Below, one piece after another: positions 18,064-31,746 of a stretch of 64,000 nucleotides of DNA. Within the stretch, counting starts at the first letter, position 1. Each line of letters opens with the position of its first letter. Origin of the DNA: an uncultured Kingella sp. GTDB lineage: Bacteria; Pseudomonadota; Gammaproteobacteria; Burkholderiales; Neisseriaceae. The DNA is taken from contig CAUQQW010000002.1 of the NCBI GenBank assembly GCA_963520365.1, forward strand, positions 37 to 64,036, given 5' to 3'. The translations under genes and the position numbers were made by a program. The notes under the pieces are model-generated. The model did not search any database and was not told where the DNA came from. It worked only from the letters and a program-made list of their open reading frames with translations.

Positions 18064-19488
18064 TTAATGTCCGAATGAGCCGTTACTAAATCGTTGTAGC
18101 AGTTGGCTCATTGCCAACACTACTTCCTCAGGTAATGTTTGAACTTTTGGACGCAATTCTTGCAAGAGATTTTCCAAGCGAGTCCATTCTTCTGCGCGTT
18201 CATACAAGTCAAACAAGGTGATATAAAGCTGTGATTCTTGCGGATACTCAACAATGGCGTTTTCCAGCAATTCCATTGAGTTGTCTAATTGACCATACAT
18301 CAACAAGGATTCTGCTTCTTTCAAGATGCGCTCAGTAGCGGTTCTTGGTTCGGCATTGACATCTGCTTTTTCGGTTACAAGAGCTTGGTAACGCGCTTTT
18401 TTCAGGCTGCCTCCATCAATCCATCCTTGTTGGATGCCCAAATCGCGTAAAGCAGCTTCATTGGGTGCGGCTTCTAGGCGGTCAAACACGGGGTGTTGTC
18501 CTAATGTATAACCCCAGCCAAGCATGCGTTCTTTCACTTGGCGGCCATATTGTCCTAAGCTGTAATATAGATTCCACAAATGTCCTGCGAAACCGTTGAT
18601 ATTTTTGGCGCGATAATCCAGCGATAACGCATCAATCAACAAAGAAGCAGGTTTATCTGATTTGCGGATGGCTTTATTCATGTATTTAACCGCTGCATCG
18701 TAGCTTAAAACGTTTTTCAATAGTTTTACGCTTTGCTCGGGTTCCATAAATGCCAATACCGCACCTTTTTCATCAGTGCTTACGCCTGAAATCACGCCGC
18801 GCCCAGCAACCAAAGGTTTGTGTGGTCGTTTTTTCTCGGTTTCTGCTTCTTTTTTCTTGCTGCGAACAGGTTGAACGGGTTTGGCTTCTTCCAAGCCCAA
18901 ACCTGTTTTTTCGCCAATCTCTTCGGCGGTTTTCTTAACGCTCCAGCCCAGTTTGTTTTCAGCCAATACGCGCAAACCTAGGTGATTTTCGTCAATCGCC
19001 AAGCCTTCTTTAACAAATTGCGTAATTTGTTCTTCAGAAAGCGTGTCTTGATATTGCGTTAAGGCTTCAGTGGCGGCATCAACATTTTTGGCTTGTAGCC
19101 ATAGTTCAACAAGTTCGCCAGCCAGTTCGGGGTCGCGTTTAGGCGTTTTAGCAAGGTAGGCAGAAAGTGATTCCGCGGCTTTGTCAAAATAACCGAATTG
19201 TTTGTATACATTGAACTCGGTAAGCGCGTCCACGTCTTGCACGGAAACTTTGGTGTCGTCCACAACATTGGTTGTGGCAACGGTGTCCCAATCCATGTTG
19301 TCGTGTTCCGTGGTTTCTGCCGAATCGTCGTCTTCGTCATCCGCCTCTGCGTGGCGGCTGCTGCGTGCGCTGCTTGATTTTCTGCCTTTCTTGTCTGCTT
19401 GCGGTTTTTGCTTGCCTTTCAAGAAAACGATGCCAAGCACCGCCAATACTGCCACGGCAATAATACCGAGCATTATTGGATCATCCAT
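18064..19488 (-). CDS. Membrane-anchored TPR protein with FimV-like motifs
   Basis: N-terminal TM helix, acidic linker, VDALTEFNVYKQFGYFDKAAESL and ILKEAESLLMYGQLDNSMELLE resemble FimV cytoplasmic TPR motifs. Confidence 0.65.
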   Translation of the reverse strand: MDDPIMLGIIAVAVLAVLGIVFLKGKQKPQADKKGRKSSSARSSRHAEADDEDDDSAETTEHDNMDWDTVATTNVVDDTKVSVQDVDALTEFNVYKQFGYFDKAAESLSAYLAKTPKRDPELAGELVELWLQAKNVDAATEALTQYQDTLSEEQITQFVKEGLAIDENHLGLRVLAENKLGWSVKKTAEEIGEKTGLGLEEAKPVQPVRSKKKEAETEKKRPHKPLVAGRGVISGVSTDEKGAVLAFMEPEQSVKLLKNVLSYDAAVKYMNKAIRKSDKPASLLIDALSLDYRAKNINGFAGHLWNLYYSLGQYGRQVKERMLGWGYTLGQHPVFDRLEAAPNEAALRDLGIQQGWIDGGSLKKARYQALVTEKADVNAEPRTATERILKEAESLLMYGQLDNSMELLENAIVEYPQESQLYITLFDLYERAEEWTRLENLLQELRPKVQTLPEEVVLAMSQLLQRFSNGSFGH

Positions 19489-19679
19489 AGCGACTCCTTG
19501 CTTCTAATTTTAATTTTAAGTAAAAATTCATCCCCGCTAATAGCAGGGAAACTGATACACTTTAACAGATAACGCCTTGCAGCTGCAATATTTTCACGTT
19601 TGTTCTGTTTAGCTGTTGTAATTTTATCATGATTTTATGTATTCTCACGTTTTCGCCTTTTTAATAGGAAAACTTAACC

Positions 19680-20012
19680 ATGATGCTAAAACGATTGCGC
19701 TGTTGGCAGCCAGAAGCTAGCGAAGAGCAGCTATCTGCGTTTATTCAAGAACATGGGATGTTGTTAGAGCTGCTGGATGAGAGCTGGCAAAAGTTTGTAA
19801 AACAGCGCGCGGAGCTTTTTCAGGCTGCCGAACCTGTTTACGAAAGCCATTATGCTGAAGGTTTTTCAGTGGATGATTTGCGCCACGAGCCTGTTAGCAA
19901 TGCGGAATTGATGGCGTTTTTGAATACGTTTGACCGTGAGCGTACCCATAATGATCGCCCCTTTGGCGACCATGTTGAATACACGGAACAAGATTGGGAA
20001 ATTGAAGAATAG
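19680..20012 (+). CDS. Hypothetical acidic protein
   Basis: 110-aa ORF with AGGA RBS, divergent from the GTPase operon. Confidence 0.55.
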   Translation: MMLKRLRCWQPEASEEQLSAFIQEHGMLLELLDESWQKFVKQRAELFQAAEPVYESHYAEGFSVDDLRHEPVSNAELMAFLNTFDRERTHNDRPFGDHVEYTEQDWEIEE

Positions 20013-20140
20013 TTTTTAGGCTGCCCAAGTTAGTTTTTATCGCTGCGCTGGTTTTGTTTGGCGCAGCATTGCAACCGTTTTCAGGCTGCCTCACCCCAAA
20101 GGCAGCCTGAAAATAATTTACTCACATTAGGAGACAAACC

Positions 20141-21052
20141 ATGACCACATTAAGCAAACTCACACTCGCCAGCGCAATCGCCTTTGCCTTGGCGGCTTGC
20201 GGACAAGGTGGCAACTCTGCGCCTGCTTCATCCGCATCAGGCTCAGCCGCGCCTGCCGCAGAAAAAAGAGAAATCAAATTTGGCACTACGCCTGGCGATT
20301 TCGGCACGATGGTTACCGATAAAATCAAACCCATGCTGGAAAAACAGGGCTACAAAGTTACGCTCACCGAATTCCCCGATTATGTTACGCCAAACAAAGC
20401 ACTTGCCGAAGGCGCGATTGACATCAACGTTTTCCAGCACAAGCCTTATTTGGATGGCTTTAAAGCCGAGCACAATTTGGATTTAACCGAAGTGTTCCAA
20501 GTGCCGACTGCGCCTTTGGGCTTGTATTCAGGCAAACTAACGGCGATTGATCAAGTTAAAAACGGCAGCACTGTTTCTGTGCCTGATGATCCGTCTAACT
20601 TTGCCCGCGCTTTGGTGATGTTGAACGAATTGGGCTGGATTAAGTTGAAAGACAATATTGACCCGCTCAAAGCATCCAAAGCCGACATTGCGGAAAATAC
20701 TAAGAATATTAAATTAGTAGAAATGGAAGCGGCGAACTTGCCGCGCAGTCGTCAAGATGTTGATTTTGCTATTGTAAATGGCAACTACGCTGTTTCAAGC
20801 GGTATGAATTTAACCGAAGCCTTGTTCCAAGAGCCTAGCTTCGCTTATGTGAACTGGTCTGCCGTGCGCACGGCTGATAAAGACAGCAAATGGGTGCAAG
20901 ATGTAACCGCTGCTTACAATTCAGACGAATTCAAACAATATGCAGCGCAACGTTTTGCTGGTTACAAATACCCTGCCGTTTGGGGTGATAACGCCGCGCA
21001 AAATGCCATGAAAGAAGCCTCTGCTGCTTCTGCTGCATCAGCCGCTAAATAA
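20141..21052 (+). CDS. metQ: MetQ/NlpA family ABC substrate-binding lipoprotein
   Basis: Lipobox LAAC; DYVTPNKALAEGAIDINVFQHKPYL; PDDPSNFARAL; VNGNYA. Confidence 0.9.
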   Translation: MTTLSKLTLASAIAFALAACGQGGNSAPASSASGSAAPAAEKREIKFGTTPGDFGTMVTDKIKPMLEKQGYKVTLTEFPDYVTPNKALAEGAIDINVFQHKPYLDGFKAEHNLDLTEVFQVPTAPLGLYSGKLTAIDQVKNGSTVSVPDDPSNFARALVMLNELGWIKLKDNIDPLKASKADIAENTKNIKLVEMEAANLPRSRQDVDFAIVNGNYAVSSGMNLTEALFQEPSFAYVNWSAVRTADKDSKWVQDVTAAYNSDEFKQYAAQRFAGYKYPAVWGDNAAQNAMKEASAASAASAAK

Positions 21053-21199
21053 TCGGCACAATCCATTTTCAGGCTGCCTCTGTTGTTTAGATGCAGCCTG
21101 AAAAACCATCATTACACATACACACGATTTGTTAATTCAGCTTGACACTTCTTCGCGATTTGATTACATTTCGCCGCTGTGAAACGCAATGGGAAAAGT

Positions 21200-22681
<1,482 letters not shown>

Positions 22682-22729
22682 TAAACGCGACCGATTTGTT
22701 TGATTAACCCCTACAAGAGGGCAGGTAAA

Positions 22730-23200
22730 GTGAATTTAAATGCAACCTTAATTGCGCAAGTCATTGTCTTTTTGCTTTTATGTTGGTTTACCATGAAATT
22801 TGTGTGGCCGCCGATTGCAAAAGCATTGGATGAACGCGCTGATAAAATCGCCGAGGGCTTGGCTGCTGCTGAGCGCGGAAAAAGCGATTTTGAGCAGGCT
22901 GAAAAGAAAGTTGCAGAGCTCTTAACCGAAGGTCGCAATCAAGTCTCTGAAATCGTAGCCAACGCAGAAAAGCGTGCTGCACAAATTGTGGAAGATGCCA
23001 AAGCGCAAGCCCTAACCGAAGCAGCAAATATCACAGAGCAAGCAAAAGCAAACGCTGAGCAAGAAATCAATCGTGCGCGCGAAGCATTGCGCGAGCAGGT
23101 GGCTGCTTTGGCTGTTAAAGGTGCTGAATCTATTTTGCGTCGCGAAGTGGATGAGAAACAGCATGCTCAAATGTTGGGTGCCTTAAAACAGGAGCTGTAA
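22730..23200 (+). CDS. atpF: ATP synthase F0 subunit b (GTG start)
   Basis: NLNATLIAQ...[26 protein letters not shown]. Confidence 0.96.
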   Translation: MNLNATLIAQVIVFLLLCWFTMKFVWPPIAKALDERADKIAEGLAAAERGKSDFEQAEKKVAELLTEGRNQVSEIVANAEKRAAQIVEDAKAQALTEAANITEQAKANAEQEINRAREALREQVAALAVKGAESILRREVDEKQHAQMLGALKQEL

Positions 23201-23204
23201 CCTT

Positions 23205-23753
23205 ATGATAGAGTATGCAACTGTTGCTCGCCCTTATGCAAAAGCCGTGTTTGAATTGGCTCAAGAAAAAGGGCAATTTGAATTGTGGTTAAGCGGGTTA
23301 GAACAGCTGGCTTGGCTGGTTCAGCAACCCAAAGTAGCTAGCTTAATTGGTTCAGTTGATTTAAGCGATTCTGAAAAAGCATTGCAACTGATTAAATTGT
23401 TAACTGGTTGCGAGGCAGTGAAAAACGCAGAGTTTAAGAATTTTATTGATGTGGTTGCAGTTGAAAGACGATTGACTGTGTTGCCTGAAATTTTTGAACA
23501 GTACAAAACGCTTTTTTTGGCAAAAAACAATACCAAACAAGCGATTGTTTACACTGCTTATGATGTTAAGAGCGAAGGTCAGCGTGCCAAAATCATTAGT
23601 GATTTAGAGCAGCATTTTCATGTTGGTTTGCAAGCCACATTTGTTACCGAACCAGAATTGATTGGTGGTGTAAAAGTGGTTGTGGGCGACAAAATATTAG
23701 ATTTGTCTATACAGGGTAAATTGCAAAATCTGTATACGACTCTGACAAATTAG
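23205..23753 (+). CDS. atpH: ATP synthase F1 subunit delta
   Basis: TVARPYAKAVF...PELIGGVKVVVGDKILDLS. Confidence 0.96.
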   Translation: MIEYATVARPYAKAVFELAQEKGQFELWLSGLEQLAWLVQQPKVASLIGSVDLSDSEKALQLIKLLTGCEAVKNAEFKNFIDVVAVERRLTVLPEIFEQYKTLFLAKNNTKQAIVYTAYDVKSEGQRAKIISDLEQHFHVGLQATFVTEPELIGGVKVVVGDKILDLSIQGKLQNLYTTLTN

Positions 23754-23762
23754 GAGGATTTC

Positions 23763-25310
23763 ATGCAGATTAATCCTGCTGAAATCAGCGATTTGCTGAA
23801 AGCTAAAATTGAAAAATTGAATACGCGCGCTGAAGAAAAAACGCGCGGTACAGTTATTTCAGTTACTGACGGTATCGTGCGCGTTTATGGCTTATCAGAT
23901 GTGATGCAAGGGGAAATGTTGGAGTTCCCCAATAATACATTTGGTTTGGCGATGAACTTGGAGCGCGATTCGGTTGGTGCTGTTGTACTGGGCGAATACG
24001 AGCACATCAAAGAAGGTGATGAAGTGAAATGCACAGGTCGCATCTTGGAAGTGCCGATTGGTCGCGGGTTGGTAGGTCGCGTTGTCAATGCGTTGGGTCA
24101 GCCCATTGATGGCAAAGGGCCGATTAACGCAACATTGACTGCGCCAATTGAAAAAATTGCACCAGGTGTGATTGCGCGTAAATCTGTTGATCAGCCTATG
24201 CAAACGGGTTTGAAAGCCATTGATTCCATGGTGCCTATTGGTCGTGGCCAGCGCGAATTGATTATTGGCGACCGTCAAACAGGTAAAACAGCTGTTGCGC
24301 TAGATGCGATTGTGAACCAAAAAGGTACCGGCGTTATTTGTATTTATGTGGCAGTAGGTCAAAAAGCATCTTCTGTTGCCAACGTTGTGCGTCAGTTGGA
24401 ACAACATGGCGCAATGGAACATACGATTGTTGTGGCGGCAACCGCATCGGAAGCAGCAGCATTGCAATACATCGCACCTTATTCAGGCTGCACCATGGGC
24501 GAATATTTCCGCGACCGTGGCGAAGATGCTTTGATTATTTATGATGATTTGTCTAAGCAAGCTGTTGCTTATCGCCAAATTTCTTTGCTGCTACGCCGTC
24601 CGCCTGGTCGCGAAGCTTACCCTGGCGATGTGTTCTATTTGCACTCTCGCTTATTGGAACGCGCTGCGCGTATCAATGCCGATGAGGTTGAAAAGCTGAC
24701 TAACGGCGAAGTAAAAGGCAAAACAGGTTCTTTAACTGCCTTGCCTATTATTGAAACGCAGGCGGGGGATGTATCTGCATTCGTGCCAACTAACGTAATT
24801 TCCATTACCGATGGTCAGATTTTCTTGGAAACTGACTTGTTTAACTCGGGTATTCGCCCCGCTATTAACGCAGGTATTTCGGTATCTCGTGTAGGCGGTG
24901 CAGCGCAAACTAAAGTCATCAAAAAACTGGGTGGCGGTATTCGTTTGGCATTGGCTCAATATCGTGAATTGGCGGCGTTTGCTCAATTTGCTTCCGATCT
25001 GGATGAGGCAACGCGTAAGCAGTTGCAACATGGCGAAGTGGTTACTGAATTGATGAAACAAAAACAATTCAATACATTGAGCACGGCAGAAATGGCTTTG
25101 ACTTTGTGGGCAATTAACAATGGCTCATATTCAGATGTTCCTGTTAGCAAAGCATTGGCTTTTGAGGCGGAATTTTTGAACTATGTTCGCACACAACATC
25201 CTGATACATTAAACACAATCAATGAATCAGGTGCGTTGTCTGACGAGAGCGAACAAGTTTTGGAAGGTGCAATGAAAACTTTCAAAACGTCATATAGCTA
25301 TGCAGCCTGA
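23763..25310 (+). CDS. atpA: ATP synthase F1 subunit alpha
   Basis: [33 protein letters not shown]. Confidence 0.99.
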   Translation: MQINPAEISDLLKAKIEKLNTRAEEKTRGTVISVTDGIVRVYGLSDVMQGEMLEFPNNTFGLAMNLERDSVGAVVLGEYEHIKEGDEVKCTGRILEVPIGRGLVGRVVNALGQPIDGKGPINATLTAPIEKIAPGVIARKSVDQPMQTGLKAIDSMVPIGRGQRELIIGDRQTGKTAVALDAIVNQKGTGVICIYVAVGQKASSVANVVRQLEQHGAMEHTIVVAATASEAAALQYIAPYSGCTMGEYFRDRGEDALIIYDDLSKQAVAYRQISLLLRRPPGREAYPGDVFYLHSRLLERAARINADEVEKLTNGEVKGKTGSLTALPIIETQAGDVSAFVPTNVISITDGQIFLETDLFNSGIRPAINAGISVSRVGGAAQTKVIKKLGGGIRLALAQYRELAAFAQFASDLDEATRKQLQHGEVVTELMKQKQFNTLSTAEMALTLWAINNGSYSDVPVSKALAFEAEFLNYVRTQHPDTLNTINESGALSDESEQVLEGAMKTFKTSYSYAA

Positions 25311-25336
25311 AAATAGAGTAAAGAGGGAGTCTTAAA

Positions 25337-26209
25337 ATGGCAGTTGGAAAAGAGATTCTTACCAAAATTCGCAGTGTGCAAAATACGCAAAAAATCACAC
25401 GCGCGATGCAAATGGTATCAACCTCTAAAATGCGGAAGACTCAAGAACGTATGCGCCTTGCGCGTCCTTATGCGGATACGGTTCGTTTGGTAATGAATCG
25501 CTTGGCGCAAACGCAGGCAGATCATGGCATTAAATTGTTGGAAGAACATAAAATCAAACAACGTGTTGGCTTTATTTTGATTACAACAGACAAGGGTTTG
25601 TGCGGTGGTTTGAATGCGAACGTTCTGAAAAAATTCTTTGCACAGGTTCAGAAATATCAAGAGCAAAACATTGATGTTGAGATTGTATGTCTAGGCAGCA
25701 AGGGTTTGTTGGCTTGCCAGCGCGTCGGCTTGAATGTGATTGCTAGCGTAACCAATTTGGGCGACACGCCTAAAATGGAAACCATGCTGGGTGCATTAAC
25801 GGAAATTTTCCAGCGTTATGAGCAGCATCAATTGGATGTGATTCATTTGGTAAGCTCTCATTTTGTGAACACCATGAAACAAGAGCCACGCTCAGAGATT
25901 TTGTTGCCCATTGGCGAATCTGTGTTTCATGAAGATGATAGCAAGCAGCGAAATTGGGATTATCACTATGAACCAAGCCCAATTGCTGTGTTGGAATATT
26001 TGGTTAGACGCTATTTAGAGTCTGTGGTTTATGAGGCATTAAGCGAGAACATGGCGGCAGAACAAGCTGCGCGAATGGTGGCAATGAAAGCCGCTACCGA
26101 TAACGCAGGCAACGCCATTAAAGAGCTTCGCTTGGTGTACAACAAATCGCGTCAAGCAGCGATTACTACAGAATTGTCAGAAATTGTGGCAGGTGCAGCA
26201 GCCGTATAA
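25337..26209 (+). CDS. atpG: ATP synthase F1 subunit gamma
   Basis: TQKITRAMQMVS, DKGLCGGLN, RQAAITTELSEIVAGA. Confidence 0.98.
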   Translation: MAVGKEILTKIRSVQNTQKITRAMQMVSTSKMRKTQERMRLARPYADTVRLVMNRLAQTQADHGIKLLEEHKIKQRVGFILITTDKGLCGGLNANVLKKFFAQVQKYQEQNIDVEIVCLGSKGLLACQRVGLNVIASVTNLGDTPKMETMLGALTEIFQRYEQHQLDVIHLVSSHFVNTMKQEPRSEILLPIGESVFHEDDSKQRNWDYHYEPSPIAVLEYLVRRYLESVVYEALSENMAAEQAARMVAMKAATDNAGNAIKELRLVYNKSRQAAITTELSEIVAGAAAV

Positions 26210-26239
26210 GGCAGCCTGAAAATGCCCAAACAAGGTTAG

Positions 26240-27646
<1,407 letters not shown>

Positions 27647-27656
27647 GGAGATGGGC

Positions 27657-28088
27657 ATGAGTGTCATGCGCGTAGAAGTAGTCAGCAATGAAGAGCATAT
27701 CTACTCAGGCGAAGCCAGTTTTGTGGTTGTGCCAACAGTGAGTGGTGAGCTTGGCATTTATCCGCGACATGAGCCAATTATGAGCTTAGTTCGTCCAGGT
27801 GCTTTGCGTTTAACTGTGCCCAATTCTAGCGAAGAAGTGTTGGTGGCTGTATCAGGCGGTGTATTGGAAGTGCAGCCTGATAAGGTAATGGTGCTGGCGG
27901 ATATTGCTGTTCGCAGCACCGAGCTGGATACGGCTCGCGCAGAAGAGGCAAAACGTGCAGCGCAAGAATGCTTGGCGAGTGCGAAGCAATCTAACGATAG
28001 CGAGGCACAAGCCAAGGCGCATGCGGCATTAGCGGCTGCGATTGCGGAGTTGAAAACATTGGATTATTTGCGAATCCATAAAAAATGA
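27657..28088 (+). CDS. atpC: ATP synthase F1 subunit epsilon
   Basis: GELGIYPRHEP, VSGGVLEVQP. Confidence 0.96.
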   Translation: MSVMRVEVVSNEEHIYSGEASFVVVPTVSGELGIYPRHEPIMSLVRPGALRLTVPNSSEEVLVAVSGGVLEVQPDKVMVLADIAVRSTELDTARAEEAKRAAQECLASAKQSNDSEAQAKAHAALAAAIAELKTLDYLRIHKK

Positions 28089-28099
28089 TTCAAGAATAA

Positions 28100-28127
28100 A
28101 AAGCCACCCGTTAAGGGTGGTTTTTTT
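28100..28127 (+). terminator. Intrinsic terminator of the atp operon
   Basis: GCCACCC-GTTAA-GGGTGGT followed by a T-tract. Confidence 0.75.
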
Positions 28128-28316
28128 GTGGGCTATCATTTGAGGCAGCCTGAAAACCAGTTCAAGCTCGTCATGCAAGCAGACTACAATTCCCCTATCT
28201 ATCAAAGTACAAAACAAATAAAGCTCCCAAGAAAATCTTGGGAGCCTATTCCATTTTCAGGCTGCCTTAGCACAAGCAATATAGGCAGCCTGAAAACCAT
28301 CAACAGCTTGATTGGC

Positions 28317-31061
28317 TTACACCAATCGTCCGTGGCATTGTTTGTATTTTAAGCCGCTGCCGCAAGGGCAGGGGTCGTTGCGGTGGGTGGTGATGCCACG
28401 TGCTTCCAACGCATCGGGGAAGTATTGTTTGTCTTCTTCAGTTGGGTTGGCGGGGTCAAATGCACCATTTTCCACGTTTGACCATGCTTGGGGCGCAGCG
28501 TTTTCAGGCTGCCTGATGGTTTCTGGCTCGGGTTGGTGCGGCTGGATTTGCGCGCTCACCAAAATGGATGTGGCGTTGTATTGGATGTTGTTCCATAGAT
28601 TTTGGAACATGGCAAAGGCTTCGCGCTTGTATTCCTGTTTGGGGTCTTTTTGCGCGTAGCCCCGCAAGCCGATGCCTTGGCGCAAATAATCCATCGCTGC
28701 CAAGTGTTCGCGCCATTGTGTGTCTACCACTTGCAACACCACGCTGCGCTCAAAATTGCTAAATATTTCATCGCCCACCAAGTCTTTTTTGGCTTGGTAT
28801 TCAGCATCCACTTGTGCCAACACGCGCTCTTTCACGTCTTCGTTTTCCAGCGTGTTGTCTTCTTTGAGCCAGCCTGAAACGTCCACATGAACATTAAACT
28901 CGCCTGCCAATTTTGCCATCATGGCGGGAATGTCCCATTGCTCTTCCATGCTGTCGGCAGGCATATACATATCTACGATGCCGCCAATCACGGTGGCACG
29001 CCATTCTTTCACCAATTCGCTGATGTCTTTGCTGCCCAAAATTTCGTTGCGTTGGTGGTACAACACGCGGCGTTGGTCGTTGGCTACGTCGTCGTATTCC
29101 AACACTTGCTTACGCATATCAAAGTTGCGCCCTTCCACTTTGCGTTGGGCGTTTTCAATTTGGCGCGTCAAAATGTTGGCTTCAATTGCCACCCCCGGTT
29201 CAGGTGCAAGGCGATTGAGAATAGCAGCGGCGCGGTCAAGTGCGAATAGGCGCAATAGCGGGTCTTCAAACGATAGATAGAATCGGCTTGACCCTGGGTC
29301 GCCTTGTCGCCCTGCGCGTCCGCGCAATTGGTTGTCAATGCGGCGACTTTCGTGGCGTTCTGTGCCGATGATGTGCAAACCACCTGCTTCCACCACGGCT
29401 TTGTGTTCAGCTTCCCACGAATCTTCCAAGGCTTGAATTTGCGCTTGTTTTTGTTCATCGGTGAGCGTTTCATCGGCGCGAATGGCATCGGCTTGGTGTT
29501 GCACATTGCCGCCCAACACGATGTCGGTGCCGCGACCTGCCATGTTGGTGGCGACGGTAATCATTTTGGGTTTGCCTGCTTGGGCAACGATTAGGGCTTC
29601 GCGCTCGTGTTCTTTGGCGTTCAACACGTTGTGTGGCAAGCCTTCGCGTTTGAGCAAATGCGACACCAGTTCGGAGTTTTCAATCGTGGTTGTGCCCACC
29701 AACACGGGTTGCCCGCGCTCGTAGCAGTCTTTGATGTCTTTGATAACGGCTTCGTATTTTTCTTCGGCGGTGCGGAAGATTTGGTCGTTGAAGTCTTTGC
29801 GCTGGATGGGTTTGTTGGTGGGGATGATGACGGTTTCCAAGCCATAAATGGATTGGAATTCGTAGGCTTCGGTGTCTGCCGTGCCTGTCATGCCCGAGAG
29901 TTTGGTGTAGAGGCGGAAGTAGTTTTGGAAGGTGATGCTGGCAAGGGTTTGGTTTTCCTTTTGCACTTCCACGCCTTCTTTGGCCTCTACCGCTTGGTGC
30001 AAGCCGTCTGACCAGCGGCGCCCGTCCATCAAGCGTCCTGTGTGTTCGTCCACAATCACGATTTCAGGCTGCCCTTCTTCGTTGGGTTTCACTACATAAT
30101 GTTGATCACGATGGAATAGGGTGTGGGCGCGCAATGCTGCCATCAGATGATGCATCAGCATGATGTTGTTTGAGGCGTAAAGCGATTCGTTTTCTTGCAG
30201 CAAGCCCAGTTGGGTGAGAATTTGCTCGGCGTGTTCGTGCCCTTGCTCGGATAACACGACTTGCATATTTTTCTCGTCCACCCAGTAATCGCCTTCGGGA
30301 CTGTCTTCTTTTTCTTGCGGCGTGAGATGGGCGGGCACTTGGTTCATGATTTGGTACAGCTCAATGTTGTCATCGGCTTGCCCTGAAATGATGAGCGGCG
30401 TGCGCGCTTCGTCAATCAGGATGCTGTCCACTTCGTCCACCACGGCGAAGTTAAGCTCGCGTTGGACTTTGTTGTAGATGTCATCCACCATGTTGTCGCG
30501 CAGGTAGTCAAAGCCAAATTCGTTGTTGGTGCCGTAGGTGATGTCGCTGCCGTAGGCTTGTTGACGGTGGAATGAATCCATATTGCTCAAAATAACGCCC
30601 ACGCTCAATCCGAGGAAGTTGTACAGCGGGCGCATGATGCCTGCGTCGCGCTCGGCGAGGTAGTCGTTCACGGTTACAACGTGCGCACCTTTGCCTGACA
30701 GGGCGTTCAGGTAAACGGGCAGCGTGCCAACAAGGGTTTTGCCTTCTCCTGTGCGCATTTCGGCGATTTTGCCGTCGTGCAGCACCATGCCGCCGATGAG
30801 TTGGACATCAAAATGGCGCATGCCCAGGATGCGCGATGAGGCTTCGCGGCAAACGGCGAATGCTTCGGGAAGGATGTCGTCTAGGGTTTCGCCGTTAGCG
30901 AGACGTTGTTTGAATTCTGCGGTTTTGGCTTGCAGTTGTTCGTCGCTGAGTGCTTTGATTTGGTCTTCCAGGCTGTTGATTTTGGAGACGATTTTTCGGT
31001 AATGTTTGAGCAGGCGGTCGTTGCGGCTGCCGAAGATTTTTTTGGCGATTTTGGTTAGCAT
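28317..31061 (-). CDS. secA: Preprotein translocase ATPase SecA
   Basis: [38 protein letters not shown]-terminal [14 protein letters not shown]. Confidence 0.99.
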   Translation of the reverse strand: MLTKIAKKIFGSRNDRLLKHYRKIVSKINSLEDQIKALSDEQLQAKTAEFKQRLANGETLDDILPEAFAVCREASSRILGMRHFDVQLIGGMVLHDGKIAEMRTGEGKTLVGTLPVYLNALSGKGAHVVTVNDYLAERDAGIMRPLYNFLGLSVGVILSNMDSFHRQQAYGSDITYGTNNEFGFDYLRDNMVDDIYNKVQRELNFAVVDEVDSILIDEARTPLIISGQADDNIELYQIMNQVPAHLTPQEKEDSPEGDYWVDEKNMQVVLSEQGHEHAEQILTQLGLLQENESLYASNNIMLMHHLMAALRAHTLFHRDQHYVVKPNEEGQPEIVIVDEHTGRLMDGRRWSDGLHQAVEAKEGVEVQKENQTLASITFQNYFRLYTKLSGMTGTADTEAYEFQSIYGLETVIIPTNKPIQRKDFNDQIFRTAEEKYEAVIKDIKDCYERGQPVLVGTTTIENSELVSHLLKREGLPHNVLNAKEHEREALIVAQAGKPKMITVATNMAGRGTDIVLGGNVQHQADAIRADETLTDEQKQAQIQALEDSWEAEHKAVVEAGGLHIIGTERHESRRIDNQLRGRAGRQGDPGSSRFYLSFEDPLLRLFALDRAAAILNRLAPEPGVAIEANILTRQIENAQRKVEGRNFDMRKQVLEYDDVANDQRRVLYHQRNEILGSKDISELVKEWRATVIGGIVDMYMPADSMEEQWDIPAMMAKLAGEFNVHVDVSGWLKEDNTLENEDVKERVLAQVDAEYQAKKDLVGDEIFSNFERSVVLQVVDTQWREHLAAMDYLRQGIGLRGYAQKDPKQEYKREAFAMFQNLWNNIQYNATSILVSAQIQPHQPEPETIRQPENAAPQAWSNVENGAFDPANPTEEDKQYFPDALEARGITTHRNDPCPCGSGLKYKQCHGRLV

Positions 31062-31359
31062 TAGATGGGTTTCCTTTGTTGCGCTTTTGTGCGCTGATTT
31101 GCGACAAATGGGGCGGATTCTATCACATTTAGGCTGCCCATTTGGGGGCAGGTAAAATGGGTTTAAAGCAAATGGGATGCAGAAATGGTGGGTTTAACGT
31201 TTCTTTACGCGTAGGGGGGGGAGGCAGCCTGAAAACGGGAAATGCTTTTTAGCTACGCAACTTCGCTACGCGGTCTGCCTTTGGGCGGCGATGTTGATTG
31301 TAAGCAGGATAAATCATGCGCTGCGCGTGGCGTGGTGGTGCAAATGAAACGTGAAAATA

Positions 31360-31521
31360 AGAACCTGCATTCACTATTTTCATAGGCATCTTTTATGACA
31401 TAAAAACGCGGCTACTACGTTAAAAATGCTCGCAAGGTGTTCAACCTTGCTGTGCTTTTTGCCTTGTATCCACGCTTTTATGTCATAAAAGATGCCTATG
31501 AAAATAGTGAATGCAGGTTCT
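31360..31521. mobile_element. 162-bp MITE-like element with 46-bp perfect terminal inverted repeats
   Basis: AGAACCTGCATTCACTATTTTCATAGGCATCTTTTATGACATAAAA (31360-31405) is the exact reverse complement of 31476-31521. Confidence 0.75.
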
Positions 31522-31746
31522 AAAGCCAATGGGAACACGCATAGGCAGCCTGAAAAGCGAAAAAGCGTTTTCAGGCTGCCTTGAAGTGTTGTTTTATGGG
31601 ACGGCTGGGCAGTTTTTTTGTTGTATTTTTGCGCTGGCGCAAATTTTTTTGGGCTTTGGGGTAACTTGGTTTGTTAGTTTTCGTTAAAATGAGATTGTAG
31701 TGATGTGTAGTTTTTTTGTTTAACCATTTTTGTAAGGAGTTTCGTT

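Noticed and set aside
15179..19488. GTPase operon as an island integrated at tRNA-Phe
   Set aside because: The operon lies on the 5' side of the tRNA; no integrase and no duplicated tRNA 3' end was seen
31214..31221. G8 homopolymer upstream of secA as a phase-variation tract
   Set aside because: Short, intergenic and not evidently within a promoter spacer
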